Of a stretch of DNA of 64,000 nucleotides, positions 1 through 9,851 are shown piece by piece (the stretch's first letter is position 1; each line of letters starts with the position of its first letter). A program made the translations under genes and the position numbers. Under the pieces are notes generated by a model. It was not told where the DNA came from. It made no database searches and saw nothing but the letters and a program-made list of their open reading frames with translations. The DNA comes from an uncultured Pseudomonadota bacterium (GTDB taxonomy: Bacteria > Pseudomonadota > Gammaproteobacteria > Steroidobacterales > Steroidobacteraceae): NCBI GenBank assembly GCA_903879335.1, contig CAIRLC010000022.1, positions 177,737 to 241,736 on the forward strand, in the 5' to 3' direction.

Positions 1-530
1 ACCCTCCTGCGGATACGGCACCGGAACCAACCATTGTTTGGCTCGATCCTGGGCTTGCCTTCGGCACCGGAACGCACGCCACAACCGCCTTGTGCTTGGA
101 ATGGCTAGACCGCGAAAAGCCCGTGGATCACCGCGTACTCGACGTCGGCTGTGGGTCGGGGATTCTGGCCATCGCCGCATTACTGCTGGGCGCCAAGACC
201 GCCCACGGTCTCGACATCGACCCGCAAGCACTGATCGCCTCCACCGACAATGCCAATCGCAACGGAGTGATGGATCGCCTGACGCTCGCGGACGCTGACG
301 CGCCATGGGCGGCGGGTTACGACACGGTATTGGCAAACATCCTTGCGGAACCGTTAATTGCACTGGCACCGCGCATTGCCGCGGCCATTCGTCCCGGTGG
401 CGGACTCGTGCTTGCGGGCTTGCTGAACGAGCAGGCTGAAGCAGTGACCGCGGCTTACCTTCCGTGGTTCCGCATGGACACGCCGAGGTCCAGAGACGGT
501 TGGACGGGTCTCTCCGGAAGACGCCTCTGA
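1..530 (+). CDS. prmA: ribosomal protein L11 methyltransferase, C-terminal part (5' end lies outside the window)
   Basis: Frame 3 is open from the window edge. The translation reads ...[26 protein letters not shown]...[15 protein letters not shown]..., which is the PrmA SAM-binding core. The prmA-dusB-fis synteny supports the call. Confidence 0.9.
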   Translation, partial: PPADTAPEPTIVWLDPGLAFGTGTHATTALCLEWLDREKPVDHRVLDVGCGSGILAIAALLLGAKTAHGLDIDPQALIASTDNANRNGVMDRLTLADADAPWAAGYDTVLANILAEPLIALAPRIAAAIRPGGGLVLAGLLNEQAEAVTAAYLPWFRMDTPRSRDGWTGLSGRRL

Positions 531-539
531 GCTTGTCGC

Positions 540-1661
540 ATGTATACCCAATGCCCTGAGTGTGACACCATCTTCCGCGTCAACGCGGCTGTTCTGCGCG
601 CCGCTCAAGGGCAGGTTCGCTGTGGCGTCTGTGACGCAACGTTTGATGCGATCCGGACCCTTTCGGACGAGATTGAGGCCGGTGTCAACGCCGCGTCGGC
701 ATCACGGATCCATTACGATCCCCCTCCACCCCCAGCGCCTCTGCCGCCCGTTGAGGGTCCAGTGAGGGAGCCGGCAGAGAACGCGCACGCAGAACCTTTC
801 AGGCCTAGCCCATCGCTGCCGCTAGTTGCTTTTGAGGTGGCCGAGGCCTCGAACGAATGGTGGGCGACCCCCGTAACGGAGTGGGAGCCTCCAGCAGCAT
901 CCGATCCGGCAGATTCCGCGGCCGACGAGCCATCCGACACCGACGAATGGACCGAGACCGTGGCACACGGTCCCGAGGAGCCGCTATCCGCCGCCACAGA
1001 GGCGGTCAGAATTGAGCCGATCGAGGACAGTACGCCGCGCGGCACGCTTGAGCGCATCACCGCGTTCGATGCCGAAATCGCGCCGACGATCGCGACCGAG
1101 CCGGATGAGCGAGAGGGGCCCTCGCGCGGCCCACGCTCAAAGCCTGCAGGCGCGATGCTCGCCGCCGTCCTCGCTCTACTGATCCTATTAACCGCCCAAG
1201 TCGTGGATCACTATCGCCAACAGTTAGCGACAATCCCGGCGTTAACACCCACACTCACGGCCGTATACAGCGCCTTCGGTCGCTCGTTGGAGCCGCAGTG
1301 GGATATCTCCGCCTATGACATCCGGGAGTGGGTGGCGGACCCAGACCCGCAGACGAAAGCCATTCACCTGCGCGCAAAGATTCTCAACCGGGGCCCGAGA
1401 CCGCATCCATGGCCATTGCTCAGAGTCGTGTTTGAGGATAGGTACGGCGCGCTCGTTGCCCGTCGCGATTTCAGCCCGACCGAGTATCTGACGCACCCGG
1501 CAAACGACAAAGGCATGATTGCGCCAGGCGCCCGGATCGATGCAGACCTGACACTGGCCGATCCAGGTCCGCAGGTCGTCGGCTATGAAATCGACACCTG
1601 CCTGCCTCGCGCCAGCACCATCGGCTGCGGCAGCGATTACAAAGGAACGCACGCCGAGTGA
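540..1661 (+). CDS. zinc-ribbon / DUF3426-type membrane protein
   Basis: The N-terminus has a double CxxC zinc ribbon (CPECDTIF...CGVCDATF, MJ0042 type). This is followed by a Pro/acidic linker, one TM helix (AMLAAVLALLILLTAQVV) and a C-terminal DUF3426-like domain. The position between prmA and dusB is conserved for this family. Confidence 0.8.
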   Translation: MYTQCPECDTIFRVNAAVLRAAQGQVRCGVCDATFDAIRTLSDEIEAGVNAASASRIHYDPPPPPAPLPPVEGPVREPAENAHAEPFRPSPSLPLVAFEVAEASNEWWATPVTEWEPPAASDPADSAADEPSDTDEWTETVAHGPEEPLSAATEAVRIEPIEDSTPRGTLERITAFDAEIAPTIATEPDEREGPSRGPRSKPAGAMLAAVLALLILLTAQVVDHYRQQLATIPALTPTLTAVYSAFGRSLEPQWDISAYDIREWVADPDPQTKAIHLRAKILNRGPRPHPWPLLRVVFEDRYGALVARRDFSPTEYLTHPANDKGMIAPGARIDADLTLADPGPQVVGYEIDTCLPRASTIGCGSDYKGTHAE

Positions 1662-2746
1662 CTGCAATCGGCCCGTTTCAGTTCCAACGCCCCTTAGCGC
1701 TGGCTCCGATGGCTGGAGTGACCGATCGGCCGTTCCGTCTTTTGTGTCGTACTCTGGGTGCCGATTTGGCCGCGTCAGAAATGGTGACCTCAGACACACG
1801 GTTGTGGCACACCGCCAAGTCCCGCTTGCGCATGGATCATCGCGGCGAACCTGATCCGCGCATCGTACAAATCGCCGGCGGCGAACCGGAGATGATGGTG
1901 GAGGCGGCGCGCCGCAATCGGGATTTAGGCGCCCAGATCATCGACATCAACATGGGCTGCCCCGCCAAAAAGGTCTGCAATCGGGCGGCCGGCTCCGCGC
2001 TCCTGAAAGACGAGCCCCTCGTCGCCTCAATTTTGGCGGCCGTGGTGGCGGCCGTCGACATACCGGTCACGCTGAAGATGCGCACCGGCTGGGATCGGGA
2101 CCATCGAAATGGACCGAGAATCGCCCGTATCGCCGAAGATGTTGGTATTGCCGCCTTGGCCATTCATGGCCGCACTCGGGCCGACCATTACCAAGGCGAG
2201 GCCGAATACGCGACGATCCGGACGATCAAAGAGTCGGTCCGGATTCCTGTTTTTGCCAACGGGGACATCCGTTCGGGCGAAAAAGCAGCCGCGGTTCTAG
2301 CCGCCACGGGTGCCGACGGGCTGATGATTGGTCGCGGCGCCCAAGGCAGGCCTTGGATTTTCCGAGAAATCCGTGCTTTTCTGGACGGTGCGGGCCCAGT
2401 CGGGCCGCCAGACGCCGAGGAAGTCCGTGATATCATGCTAGGCCACTTAGATCAGTTGTACGCCTTCTACGGCGAGCACGCCGGACTTCGCGTCGCTCGC
2501 AAGCATCTCGGTTGGTATCGCGATTCCACACTCGAGGATATCGGTGTGGTCGGCGAAGCTGTCGCAGACGCTGAGGAGAGTCTCTTCCGCGCCTTGCGCA
2601 CGGTAGAAAGCGCACCAGCACAACGGGACTTGGTGGGTGAGTGGTTAGCGACGATCAATGCGCAATCGTCGTTTTCGGTATCGGATACGGAGCCGACGCC
2701 GGCGATGCCGCCCCAGAGCGAGCCACGTCGGACTACAACGGGATAG
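1658..2746 (+). CDS. dusB: tRNA-dihydrouridine synthase B
   Basis: Dus motifs are present: LAPMAGVTDRPFR, IDINMGCPAKKV and AIHGRTR. The GTG start overlaps the upstream stop as GTGA. It sits immediately upstream of fis, as in enterobacteria. Confidence 0.92.
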   Translation: MTAIGPFQFQRPLALAPMAGVTDRPFRLLCRTLGADLAASEMVTSDTRLWHTAKSRLRMDHRGEPDPRIVQIAGGEPEMMVEAARRNRDLGAQIIDINMGCPAKKVCNRAAGSALLKDEPLVASILAAVVAAVDIPVTLKMRTGWDRDHRNGPRIARIAEDVGIAALAIHGRTRADHYQGEAEYATIRTIKESVRIPVFANGDIRSGEKAAAVLAATGADGLMIGRGAQGRPWIFREIRAFLDGAGPVGPPDAEEVRDIMLGHLDQLYAFYGEHAGLRVARKHLGWYRDSTLEDIGVVGEAVADAEESLFRALRTVESAPAQRDLVGEWLATINAQSSFSVSDTEPTPAMPPQSEPRRTTTG

Positions 2747-2796
2747 ATCTTAACGATCGTCCCACCGGCGCAGTCGGTGCACGACGGGGATGTACG

Positions 2797-3099
2797 ATGA
2801 GTATTGGTCGCAAGACAACGCCCAACGGGCGTGCCGGTTCCGCCGCCGCCAAATCTGAGCCGCAAGGCGCCGTTTCACTTCGCGCCCACGCGGAGTGCAC
2901 GCTCACCAATTACTTTGAAAGTCTCAATGGCCATCGTCCAGCCGGTCTTTACCAACTGGTGATCCGAGAGGTGGAAGAACCGCTCTTCCGTGCAGTCTTG
3001 AAATACACCGACGGCAATCAAGTACGTGCGGCCGAGGTGCTCGGCATCAACCGCGGCACGCTACGTCGTAAATTAGAGGATTACGGCCTTGTCGACTGA
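2797..3099 (+). CDS. fis: DNA-binding protein Fis
   Basis: The C-terminal helix-turn-helix reads ...[31 protein letters not shown]. The ATG at 2797 gives 100 aa. The longer ORF-track start at 2641 would overlap dusB. Confidence 0.9.
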   Translation: MSIGRKTTPNGRAGSAAAKSEPQGAVSLRAHAECTLTNYFESLNGHRPAGLYQLVIREVEEPLFRAVLKYTDGNQVRAAEVLGINRGTLRRKLEDYGLVD

Positions 3100-4660
3100 T
3101 ATGCCCCCAAAGGTGCCTGTGCGTCGCGCGCTGTTAAGCGTGTCCGACAAGCAGGGAATCGTTGCATTAGCGCAGTCGCTCGCCGACCGCGGCGTTGAAC
3201 TGCTCTCTACAGGAGGCACGGCCAAACTGCTCGCCGACGCCGGCCTCGCAGTGACTGAAGTCTCGCGGCACACGGGCTTTCCAGAAATCATGGACGGTCG
3301 TGTCAAAACGTTACATCCCAAAATTCACGGCGGCCTGCTAGGTCGCCGCGGGCAGGATGACGACGTCATGCTCGCTCACGGCATTGCGCCGATTGATCTA
3401 CTGATCGTCAACTTGTACCCCTTCGCCGCTACGATCGCACGCAGTGACGCCACCTACGACGACGGGGTCGAAAACATTGATATTGGCGGACCCGCCATGT
3501 TGCGCGCCGCAGCCAAGAATCATGCGCATGTCGCGGTGGTCGTTGATCCGGCGCACTACCCCGAGTTGCTGGCGGCATTGGATGCCGGCGGCACTGATTT
3601 CGCTTTCCGTCAGCGTCTTGCGGCGCTGACGTATGCCCACACGGCCCGCTACGACACCATGGTGGCCGATTGGATGTTGCAGGCTGCCGGTCACGGCGAG
3701 CGCCACCCACAGACCTTAGAACTGCGTTTTACTAAAAAGCTCGAATTGCGCTACGGCGAGAACCCGCATCAGTCCGGAGCCTTTTATATCGACAGTTCCG
3801 GTGGCGCGAGCGTCGGCACGAGCCGTCAGGTGCAGGGCAAAGACCTGTCCTACAACAACATCGCCGATGCGGACACCGCACTGGAATGCGTGCGGCAATT
3901 TGATGAGCCTGCTTGCGTCATCGTGAAGCACGCGAATCCTTGCGGTGTAGCGCTAGCCTCATCGATACGAGGCGCTTATGAGCAGGCTTACCGCACGGAT
4001 CCGACGTCTGCGTTTGGCGGAATCATCGCAATCAACCGTCCTCTGGACGAGGACACGGCGCGCGCGATACTGGATCGCCAGTTTGTGGAAGTCATCATCG
4101 CGCCCGGCGCCACTGACGCGGCTTTGGCGATCACAGCGGCTAAAACCAATGTGCGCGTGCTACTGACCACACCACTCGCTGGTCCAAGCCCAACTGCGAG
4201 TGAATACCGAAGCGTCAACGGTGGCTTGTTGGTGCAGGATCGAGATACGGGCATCCGGACGATCGCAGATCTGACGGTGGTCACGCAGCGAGCGCCCACC
4301 GACAGCGAACTGGCGGATCTACTGTTTGCATGGCGCGTATGCAAGTTCGTGAAGTCTAACGCGATCATTTACGCGAAAAATCAATTGACCTTAGGCATCG
4401 GCGCTGGACAAATGAGTCGCGTGGTCTCCAGTCGCATTGCGGCGATGAAAGCGGCTGATGCGGGATTTCAAGTAGCAGGTGCCGCTATGGCGTCCGACGC
4501 ATTCTTCCCGTTCCGCGACGGACTCGATGTTGCCGCTGAGTACGGCATTACAGCGGTCATCCAACCCGGCGGATCGCTCCGTGACGACGAAGTTGTCGCA
4601 GCGGCCAATGAGCACGGCATGACCATGGTGTACACCAGCATGCGCCACTTCCGCCACTAA
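3089..4660 (+). CDS. purH: bifunctional AICAR transformylase / IMP cyclohydrolase
   Basis: The full-length PurH pattern is present (LLSVSDKQG..., [11 protein letters not shown], ends ...MRHFRH). The TTG at 3089 has GAGGA 8 nt upstream. An alternative ATG lies at 3101, just after the fis stop. Confidence 0.95.
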   Translation: MSTDMPPKVPVRRALLSVSDKQGIVALAQSLADRGVELLSTGGTAKLLADAGLAVTEVSRHTGFPEIMDGRVKTLHPKIHGGLLGRRGQDDDVMLAHGIAPIDLLIVNLYPFAATIARSDATYDDGVENIDIGGPAMLRAAAKNHAHVAVVVDPAHYPELLAALDAGGTDFAFRQRLAALTYAHTARYDTMVADWMLQAAGHGERHPQTLELRFTKKLELRYGENPHQSGAFYIDSSGGASVGTSRQVQGKDLSYNNIADADTALECVRQFDEPACVIVKHANPCGVALASSIRGAYEQAYRTDPTSAFGGIIAINRPLDEDTARAILDRQFVEVIIAPGATDAALAITAAKTNVRVLLTTPLAGPSPTASEYRSVNGGLLVQDRDTGIRTIADLTVVTQRAPTDSELADLLFAWRVCKFVKSNAIIYAKNQLTLGIGAGQMSRVVSSRIAAMKAADAGFQVAGAAMASDAFFPFRDGLDVAAEYGITAVIQPGGSLRDDEVVAAANEHGMTMVYTSMRHFRH

Positions 4661-4672
4661 CCAGGAACTCCC

Positions 4673-5956
4673 ATGCGCGTTCTCATCATTGGATCAGGCG
4701 GTCGCGAGCATGCGCTCGCATGGAAAATCGCAGCCTCGCCGCGAGTCACTGACGTATTAGTCGCTCCGGGCAACGCGGGTACCGCGCTGGAACCCGGCTG
4801 TCGAAACGTGGCTGTCGCGGCCGACGACATTGACGGCTTGCTAGCACTGGCGCGGCGCGAGGCTGTCGACTTGACGGTGGTTGGACCCGAAGCACCGCTG
4901 GTGCTGGGCCTTGTCGACGCGTTCACCGCTGCGGGGCTGCGCTGCTTCGGCCCAAGCAAAGCCTGCGCACGACTGGAAGGTTCTAAGGCCTTCAGCAAGG
5001 AATTCCTCACCCGCCATCGCATTCCCACCGCCGCCTATGGCCGGTTCACGCGCGAGACCTTTGACCCGACCTTCGTGCAAAGCCAACGGCTACCGGTCGT
5101 GGTGAAGGCGGACGGCCTCGCGGCTGGCAAGGGCGTCGTTATCGCGCAAAGTCATCAAGAAGCGATCGACACCATCAACTCGATGTTCGATGGCACCTTC
5201 GGTATCGCCGGCGATACGGTGGTCGTCGAAGAGTTTCTCGAAGGCGAAGAGGCCAGTTTCATTGTCATGGTCGACGGCCAACATGTACTGCCGTTGGCGT
5301 CGTCCCAAGATCATAAACGCCTGCTCGATGCCGATCGCGGCCCAAATACGGGCGGCATGGGCGCCTACTCTCCAGCCCCCGTGGTCACGATGGATATGCA
5401 TGACCGGATCATGCGCGAAGTGATCGCCCCCACTGTCGTGGGCTTAGCGGCTGAAGGCACGCCGTACACCGGCTTTTTGTATGCCGGCATCATGGTGGCG
5501 GCAGACGGCACACCGAACGTCCTTGAGTTTAATTGCCGCTTTGGCGATCCTGAGACTCAACCGGTCCTGATGCGTCTAGAGTCCGACCTGGTTGACTTGA
5601 TTGAAGCGGCGTTAATGGGTCGCTTGGATGAAGTCGAAGCGCGCTGGGACCCTCGCCCCGCCGTGGGCGTCGTGCTCGCCGCAGAAGGTTATCCCGACGC
5701 GCCGCTTAAAGGCGCCGTCATCGAAGGGCTGGAAGCTGCCGCTGCACTGCCGGGCAAGGTTTTCCATGCCGGTACCGCAACGCGTGACGGAGAGGTGGTC
5801 GTGACCGGCGGCCGCGTTCTCTGCGCAGTCGGCCGCGGCTCAAGCGTGGCCAGTGCATGCCGTGAGGCCTACGCCCTCGTCGATGCAATTCACTGGCCGG
5901 GCATGCAAGCTCGCCGCGACATCGGGTATCGAGCGATCGCTCGAGAGCGAAGTTGA
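4673..5956 (+). CDS. purD: phosphoribosylamine-glycine ligase
   Basis: The protein begins MRVLIIGSGGREHALAWK... and contains the ATP-grasp core ...EFNCRFGDPETQ.... The purH-purD pairing supports the call. Confidence 0.95.
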   Translation: MRVLIIGSGGREHALAWKIAASPRVTDVLVAPGNAGTALEPGCRNVAVAADDIDGLLALARREAVDLTVVGPEAPLVLGLVDAFTAAGLRCFGPSKACARLEGSKAFSKEFLTRHRIPTAAYGRFTRETFDPTFVQSQRLPVVVKADGLAAGKGVVIAQSHQEAIDTINSMFDGTFGIAGDTVVVEEFLEGEEASFIVMVDGQHVLPLASSQDHKRLLDADRGPNTGGMGAYSPAPVVTMDMHDRIMREVIAPTVVGLAAEGTPYTGFLYAGIMVAADGTPNVLEFNCRFGDPETQPVLMRLESDLVDLIEAALMGRLDEVEARWDPRPAVGVVLAAEGYPDAPLKGAVIEGLEAAAALPGKVFHAGTATRDGEVVVTGGRVLCAVGRGSSVASACREAYALVDAIHWPGMQARRDIGYRAIARERS

Positions 5957-5960
5957 GCTC

Positions 5961-6236
5961 GTGAAGATCAGTCGGGTACGTGAGCATGCGCTCAGCGCGA
6001 CTGATGCCCGTGCGCGCGTCGAACGGATCGCCGCAAAACTGGCCGAACGCTTTGGGGCTCGTTGTCGTTGGGATGGTGAGTGCCTGCGCGTCGAACACGC
6101 TGCGGTCAAAGGATCGCTCACGCTGGCGGCCAATGAAGTCCGCCTAGTGGCCGATTTGAGTTTTCCCGTGTCGCTCATGCGTGCTCAAATCGAAACAGAA
6201 ATCGATCGGCTAATGGAGCGAGAACTAATCCCATGA
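5961..6236 (+). CDS. small polyhydroxyalkanoic-acid-system family protein (about 91 aa)
   Basis: A GTG at 5961 lies just after the purD stop. The sequence VKISRVREHALSATDARARVERIAAKLAERFG...SLTLAANEVRLVADLSFP... resembles the roughly 90-aa putative PHA system protein family. Recognition is by pattern only. Confidence 0.55.
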   Translation: MKISRVREHALSATDARARVERIAAKLAERFGARCRWDGECLRVEHAAVKGSLTLAANEVRLVADLSFPVSLMRAQIETEIDRLMERELIP

Positions 6237-6775
6237 ACGTATCTTTCCGTCTTGCGACTCCGGACGATGCCCTTAACCTGAGCCGCTTCGGCGCTGAGGC
6301 ATTCACGGATTGGTATCTACCGGACAATAATCCGGCGGATGTCCACCTGCACGTGCAGGAGACCTATAGTCCGACACGACAAGCTGCCGAAATCGCAGAA
6401 GCTGGCCAGGTCGCCATGCTGGCCGAAGTGGACGGCCAACTCGCCGGCTATAGCCTGTTGCGCACACAGTCGCCGTGTCCGGGCTTGGAAAGGCCGAACA
6501 TGGCGGAAATTCGTCGTTTCTATGTGGCGCGCCCTTGGCATGGGACCGGGCTTGCCAAACGCCTTATGCAGGCAGTGACAACGCAGGCCGAGCGTATGGG
6601 CGCGTTTGGCGTGTGGTTGACTTGCTGGGAGCGCAATCCGCGCGCCCTCTCGTTCTATGCAAAGAGCGGGTTTGAACGGGTTGGGCTGACGACCTTTACT
6701 GTCGGTACTGACGTCCAAACGGATCACCTGTTGGCCCGAAATCTATCCTTAACGGCGGACCCCGCCCGGAGTTAA
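6233..6775 (+). CDS. GNAT family N-acetyltransferase
   Basis: An acetyl-CoA binding motif is present (...RRFYVARPWHGTGLAKRLM...). The ATGA overlap with the upstream gene suggests coupling. Confidence 0.8.
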   Translation: MNVSFRLATPDDALNLSRFGAEAFTDWYLPDNNPADVHLHVQETYSPTRQAAEIAEAGQVAMLAEVDGQLAGYSLLRTQSPCPGLERPNMAEIRRFYVARPWHGTGLAKRLMQAVTTQAERMGAFGVWLTCWERNPRALSFYAKSGFERVGLTTFTVGTDVQTDHLLARNLSLTADPARS

Positions 6776-6779
6776 ACCG

Positions 6780-7574
6780 ATGCGTCTGACACCCTGGATT
6801 GTGCTCTCTGCCCTTCTGATAGGTACTCAAGTGAGTGCAGCTGTCGATCCAGCGCTCACGCGCTCGATCGCCGACCCCGCCCGCACGCCCGCCTTCATCG
6901 CTCGCGACTCCAGTCGGCATCCAGCCGAAGAACTGACCTTCTTTGGGGTCGAGCCGACGATGACCGTTGTGGAATTTTGGCCCGGAGGTGGTTACTGGAC
7001 GGAAATTCTCGGCCCTTATCTCAAGGGGCACGGCCACTACATCGTAGCCTTCGAGCCGAGCACGAACGAACCCGACGTCGACGATGCTTGGCATGGTCGC
7101 GTACGCGCGCAGGCGGCTCGGCTTGGCCCGATTAAAGAAACGCTTGTCGGCCCAGGTCATTACGACTTCGCGCCGGCGAATAGCGTCGACCGAGTCCTGA
7201 CCTTCCGTAATTTGCATAATTGGATGGAAGGCGGCTATGCGGAAGAAATGCTGCGCGCAGCATTCCACGCATTAAAACCCGGCGGCATCTTAGGCATCGA
7301 AGCCCATCGCGGTCGTACCGATCGCCCGCAAGATCCAAAGGCTGCGGATGGTTACGTGCGCGAGGACTTCGCCATTGCTTTGGCCGAGAAAGCCGGCTTT
7401 AAACTGGTCGGCAAAAGCGAGATCAACGCCAACCCTCGAGACACCAAGGACTGGGTCGACGGAGTCTGGACGCTTCCTCCTACACTCTCTCAAAAAGAGA
7501 AAGATCGTGACGTCTACTTAGCGATCGGGGAAGCCGACAATTTCGTCATTAAATTTGTGAAGCCGCGCCGCTGA
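6780..7574 (+). CDS. exported class I SAM-dependent methyltransferase-fold protein (COG4798-like)
   Basis: There is a Sec signal peptide (MRLTPWIVLSALLIGTQVSAAVDP). The core reads ...VVEFWPGGGYWTEIL...LTFRNLHNW...ALKPGGILGI.... It is a paralogue of 44358-45272. Confidence 0.75.
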   Translation: MRLTPWIVLSALLIGTQVSAAVDPALTRSIADPARTPAFIARDSSRHPAEELTFFGVEPTMTVVEFWPGGGYWTEILGPYLKGHGHYIVAFEPSTNEPDVDDAWHGRVRAQAARLGPIKETLVGPGHYDFAPANSVDRVLTFRNLHNWMEGGYAEEMLRAAFHALKPGGILGIEAHRGRTDRPQDPKAADGYVREDFAIALAEKAGFKLVGKSEINANPRDTKDWVDGVWTLPPTLSQKEKDRDVYLAIGEADNFVIKFVKPRR

Positions 7575-8961
7575 GCGCGGCTGGCCCATCTGCCTTCGGA
7601 AACCACAAGCGGATCAGCAAGCCGCCACCCTCGCGGGATTCAGCGACGGCGTGGCCGCCGTGCAGTTGCATGACTCGGGCGGTAATGGCCAATCCAATGC
7701 CATCGCCGCCCGACTCGCGCTCTCGCGCGGCAGCAACACGATAGAAGGGCTCAAAGATTCGGATCAAGTCGGCCTCAGGCACGCCGCAACCTCGGTCTGC
7801 AACCTCAATCACTGTGCCGTCGGCACTGGCTCGCAGGTTTACCTCAACGACAGAATCGGCCTCCGAATACCGAACCGCATTACGCACGACATTTTCAACG
7901 GCGCTCGCTATCCAAGCCTCGCGACCGAGAATCACGATAGGCTCGTCTGGGTATTTCGCGGTCACGCTGACTCGGCGCGACTGCCCCTCGAATTCGGCAT
8001 CTCGCGCAATGACATCGATGAGGTGGGTCAAATCGACGGGGTGCGCAATTGCTTCTCCGAGACTTGAATTTAGCCGCGCAAGGTTGAGTACCTGGCCGAT
8101 CAGATGATCCAGCCTCGCGATCTCCGTCTCGAGTCTTTTCAAGATCAAGTCGGTATCAGCGTCGCTCGGGTTGACGAGCCCCAATGCCACTCGCATTCGG
8201 GCCAATGGTGAAAGCAGTTCGTGCGACACATCCCGAAGCAGTTGCTCACGGACCTGCACGAGTGACTGCAAGCGAGCCGCCATTGCGTTGAAATCTCGCG
8301 CTAGCTCACCAAGTTCATCACTGCGCTTTACGAGGTCACCGGTCACGCGCGTAGCTAGCGCTCCCGTCGAAAGGTGTCGAGCAGCTTGCCGTAAAGCATG
8401 GACCGGTCGTGTAATCGATCGCGTGAGCAGCGAACTCACGGTCGCGGTGATCACCAATGCCAACAGCACGACGAAGGATCGTGCCTGAATAGGTAACAAC
8501 GGGAATAGATGCACACGCGACTGACGCTGCCATCCGCGTGTCACGACGGCGTAGTGATGGCCTTCAGGGTCAACCAATTCAGGAACCGGACGCGACGGCA
8601 GTACCGCGACAGTACCGGTATGCGAGTCACCGAGATCTGATGCCGCTAAGACTTTGGCCAATGAACTTGGAAGTTCACGACCCAGTAATTCACGGCCATC
8701 CGACCGAATCACGAGTAAGCGGGAGGAGTTGCGAGTCGATTGATTGGTGCGCAACCAGTTAACAAGCTCTTCCTCGCCTCCATGATCCAAAATTTGAGCG
8801 AGTTGGGTCAAAACCACGCGTGACTCCGCCTCGGTGTTATCCGCACGATCAGCGACTAAAAGCCACGTGAGTCCGATAGCGCCGCCAACAATCAGCGTCG
8901 TGATCGTCCATAACGATGCAAAAATTCGACCATATAGAGACTGCAGAAAGCGAATTGGCAC
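7549..8961 (-). CDS. two-component sensor histidine kinase (CpxA/RstB-like)
   Basis: The protein has two TM segments, a HAMP domain and an H-box (VSHELLSPLARM). N, G1 and G2 boxes are present (NAVRYS, DRGCGVP, GGDGIGLAI). It lies downstream of an OmpR-type regulator. Confidence 0.9.
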   Translation of the reverse strand: MPIRFLQSLYGRIFASLWTITTLIVGGAIGLTWLLVADRADNTEAESRVVLTQLAQILDHGGEEELVNWLRTNQSTRNSSRLLVIRSDGRELLGRELPSSLAKVLAASDLGDSHTGTVAVLPSRPVPELVDPEGHHYAVVTRGWQRQSRVHLFPLLPIQARSFVVLLALVITATVSSLLTRSITRPVHALRQAARHLSTGALATRVTGDLVKRSDELGELARDFNAMAARLQSLVQVREQLLRDVSHELLSPLARMRVALGLVNPSDADTDLILKRLETEIARLDHLIGQVLNLARLNSSLGEAIAHPVDLTHLIDVIARDAEFEGQSRRVSVTAKYPDEPIVILGREAWIASAVENVVRNAVRYSEADSVVEVNLRASADGTVIEVADRGCGVPEADLIRIFEPFYRVAAARERESGGDGIGLAITARVMQLHGGHAVAESREGGGLLIRLWFPKADGPAALSGAASQI

Positions 8962-9032
8962 AACAATCCTCTTGCGATTCCGCGATGGGCTAACGCATGC
9001 GCGCCCAGTATCCGTTGACGCTATTTTCGCGT

Positions 9033-9056
9033 CCGTTCGAATAAAAAATCGAACGG
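9033..9056 (-). other. intercistronic hairpin between the response regulator and kinase genes
   Basis: CCGTTCGA (9033-9040) pairs perfectly with TCGAACGG (9049-9056) around an 8-nt A/T loop. The hairpin begins 1 nt after the regulator stop codon. No U-tract follows it. Confidence 0.3.
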
Positions 9057-9057
9057 T

Positions 9058-9789
9058 CTATGACGGTTTCAAAGGTGACGCCGGACGGGCCAACTGATAG
9101 CCAACACCGCGAACACCTCGTATTTCGAAGCCGTGGACGCCGGTGAGGTTCATTTTCCGACGCAAGTTACTAACATGGGTATCGATACTGCGATCGTAAA
9201 GTTCTAATTTTCGGGCGAGCGCATGCTCTGTGAGATCGCTACGCGTGACCACTTGACCGAGATGCCGAGCCAAGAACTCCAGAATCCGAAACTCGGCCGC
9301 TGTAAGCATCATCGTGATACCCGCCAGTTGAGCCTCGATGCGCGCAGGATCAAGCGACAAAGATCCAACGACGAATGGCTCTTGGGATGGGCCAGCGGGC
9401 TCGGTAATCCGCCTCAGAATCGCACGCACTCGAGCCACCAACTCGCGCGGATTAAATGGCTTAGGCAAATAATCATCTGCACCGAGCTCTAGGCCCGCAA
9501 TCCGGTCGTCGTCATCGCCGCGCGCAGTCAGCATCAGCACCGGTGGTGATGCGATGGAATCACGCATACCCTTTAGGACACCAAAGCCGTCCAAGCGCGG
9601 CAGCATGACGTCCAAAATCACAAGGTCCGGCCGAGTCGGTGAAGTCGTCATTGCGGTGAGGCCAGACACGCCGTCGTGATAAACATCGACCGAGAAACCC
9701 TCCCGATTCAAGTATGCCGAGAGCATTTCGGCCAGCTCAACATCATCATCGATGAGTAAAATGCGCACAGCGTCCGTTCCCATGATCAT
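9058..9789 (-). CDS. OmpR/PhoB-family response regulator
   Basis: The receiver domain reads ...RILLIDDDVELAEML...DLVILDVMLPRLDG.... The winged-helix C-terminus reads ...IRGVRGVGYQL. The start is taken at MIMGTD... because the 282-aa ORF-track start adds a non-conserved leader. Confidence 0.9.
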   Translation of the reverse strand: MIMGTDAVRILLIDDDVELAEMLSAYLNREGFSVDVYHDGVSGLTAMTTSPTRPDLVILDVMLPRLDGFGVLKGMRDSIASPPVLMLTARGDDDDRIAGLELGADDYLPKPFNPRELVARVRAILRRITEPAGPSQEPFVVGSLSLDPARIEAQLAGITMMLTAAEFRILEFLARHLGQVVTRSDLTEHALARKLELYDRSIDTHVSNLRRKMNLTGVHGFEIRGVRGVGYQLARPASPLKPS

Positions 9790-9851
9790 GTCACCGAGTG
9801 TGGAGGCGCCCTCATGACTTGTCATCCGGGACAACCGTGCTTGACGGAACT

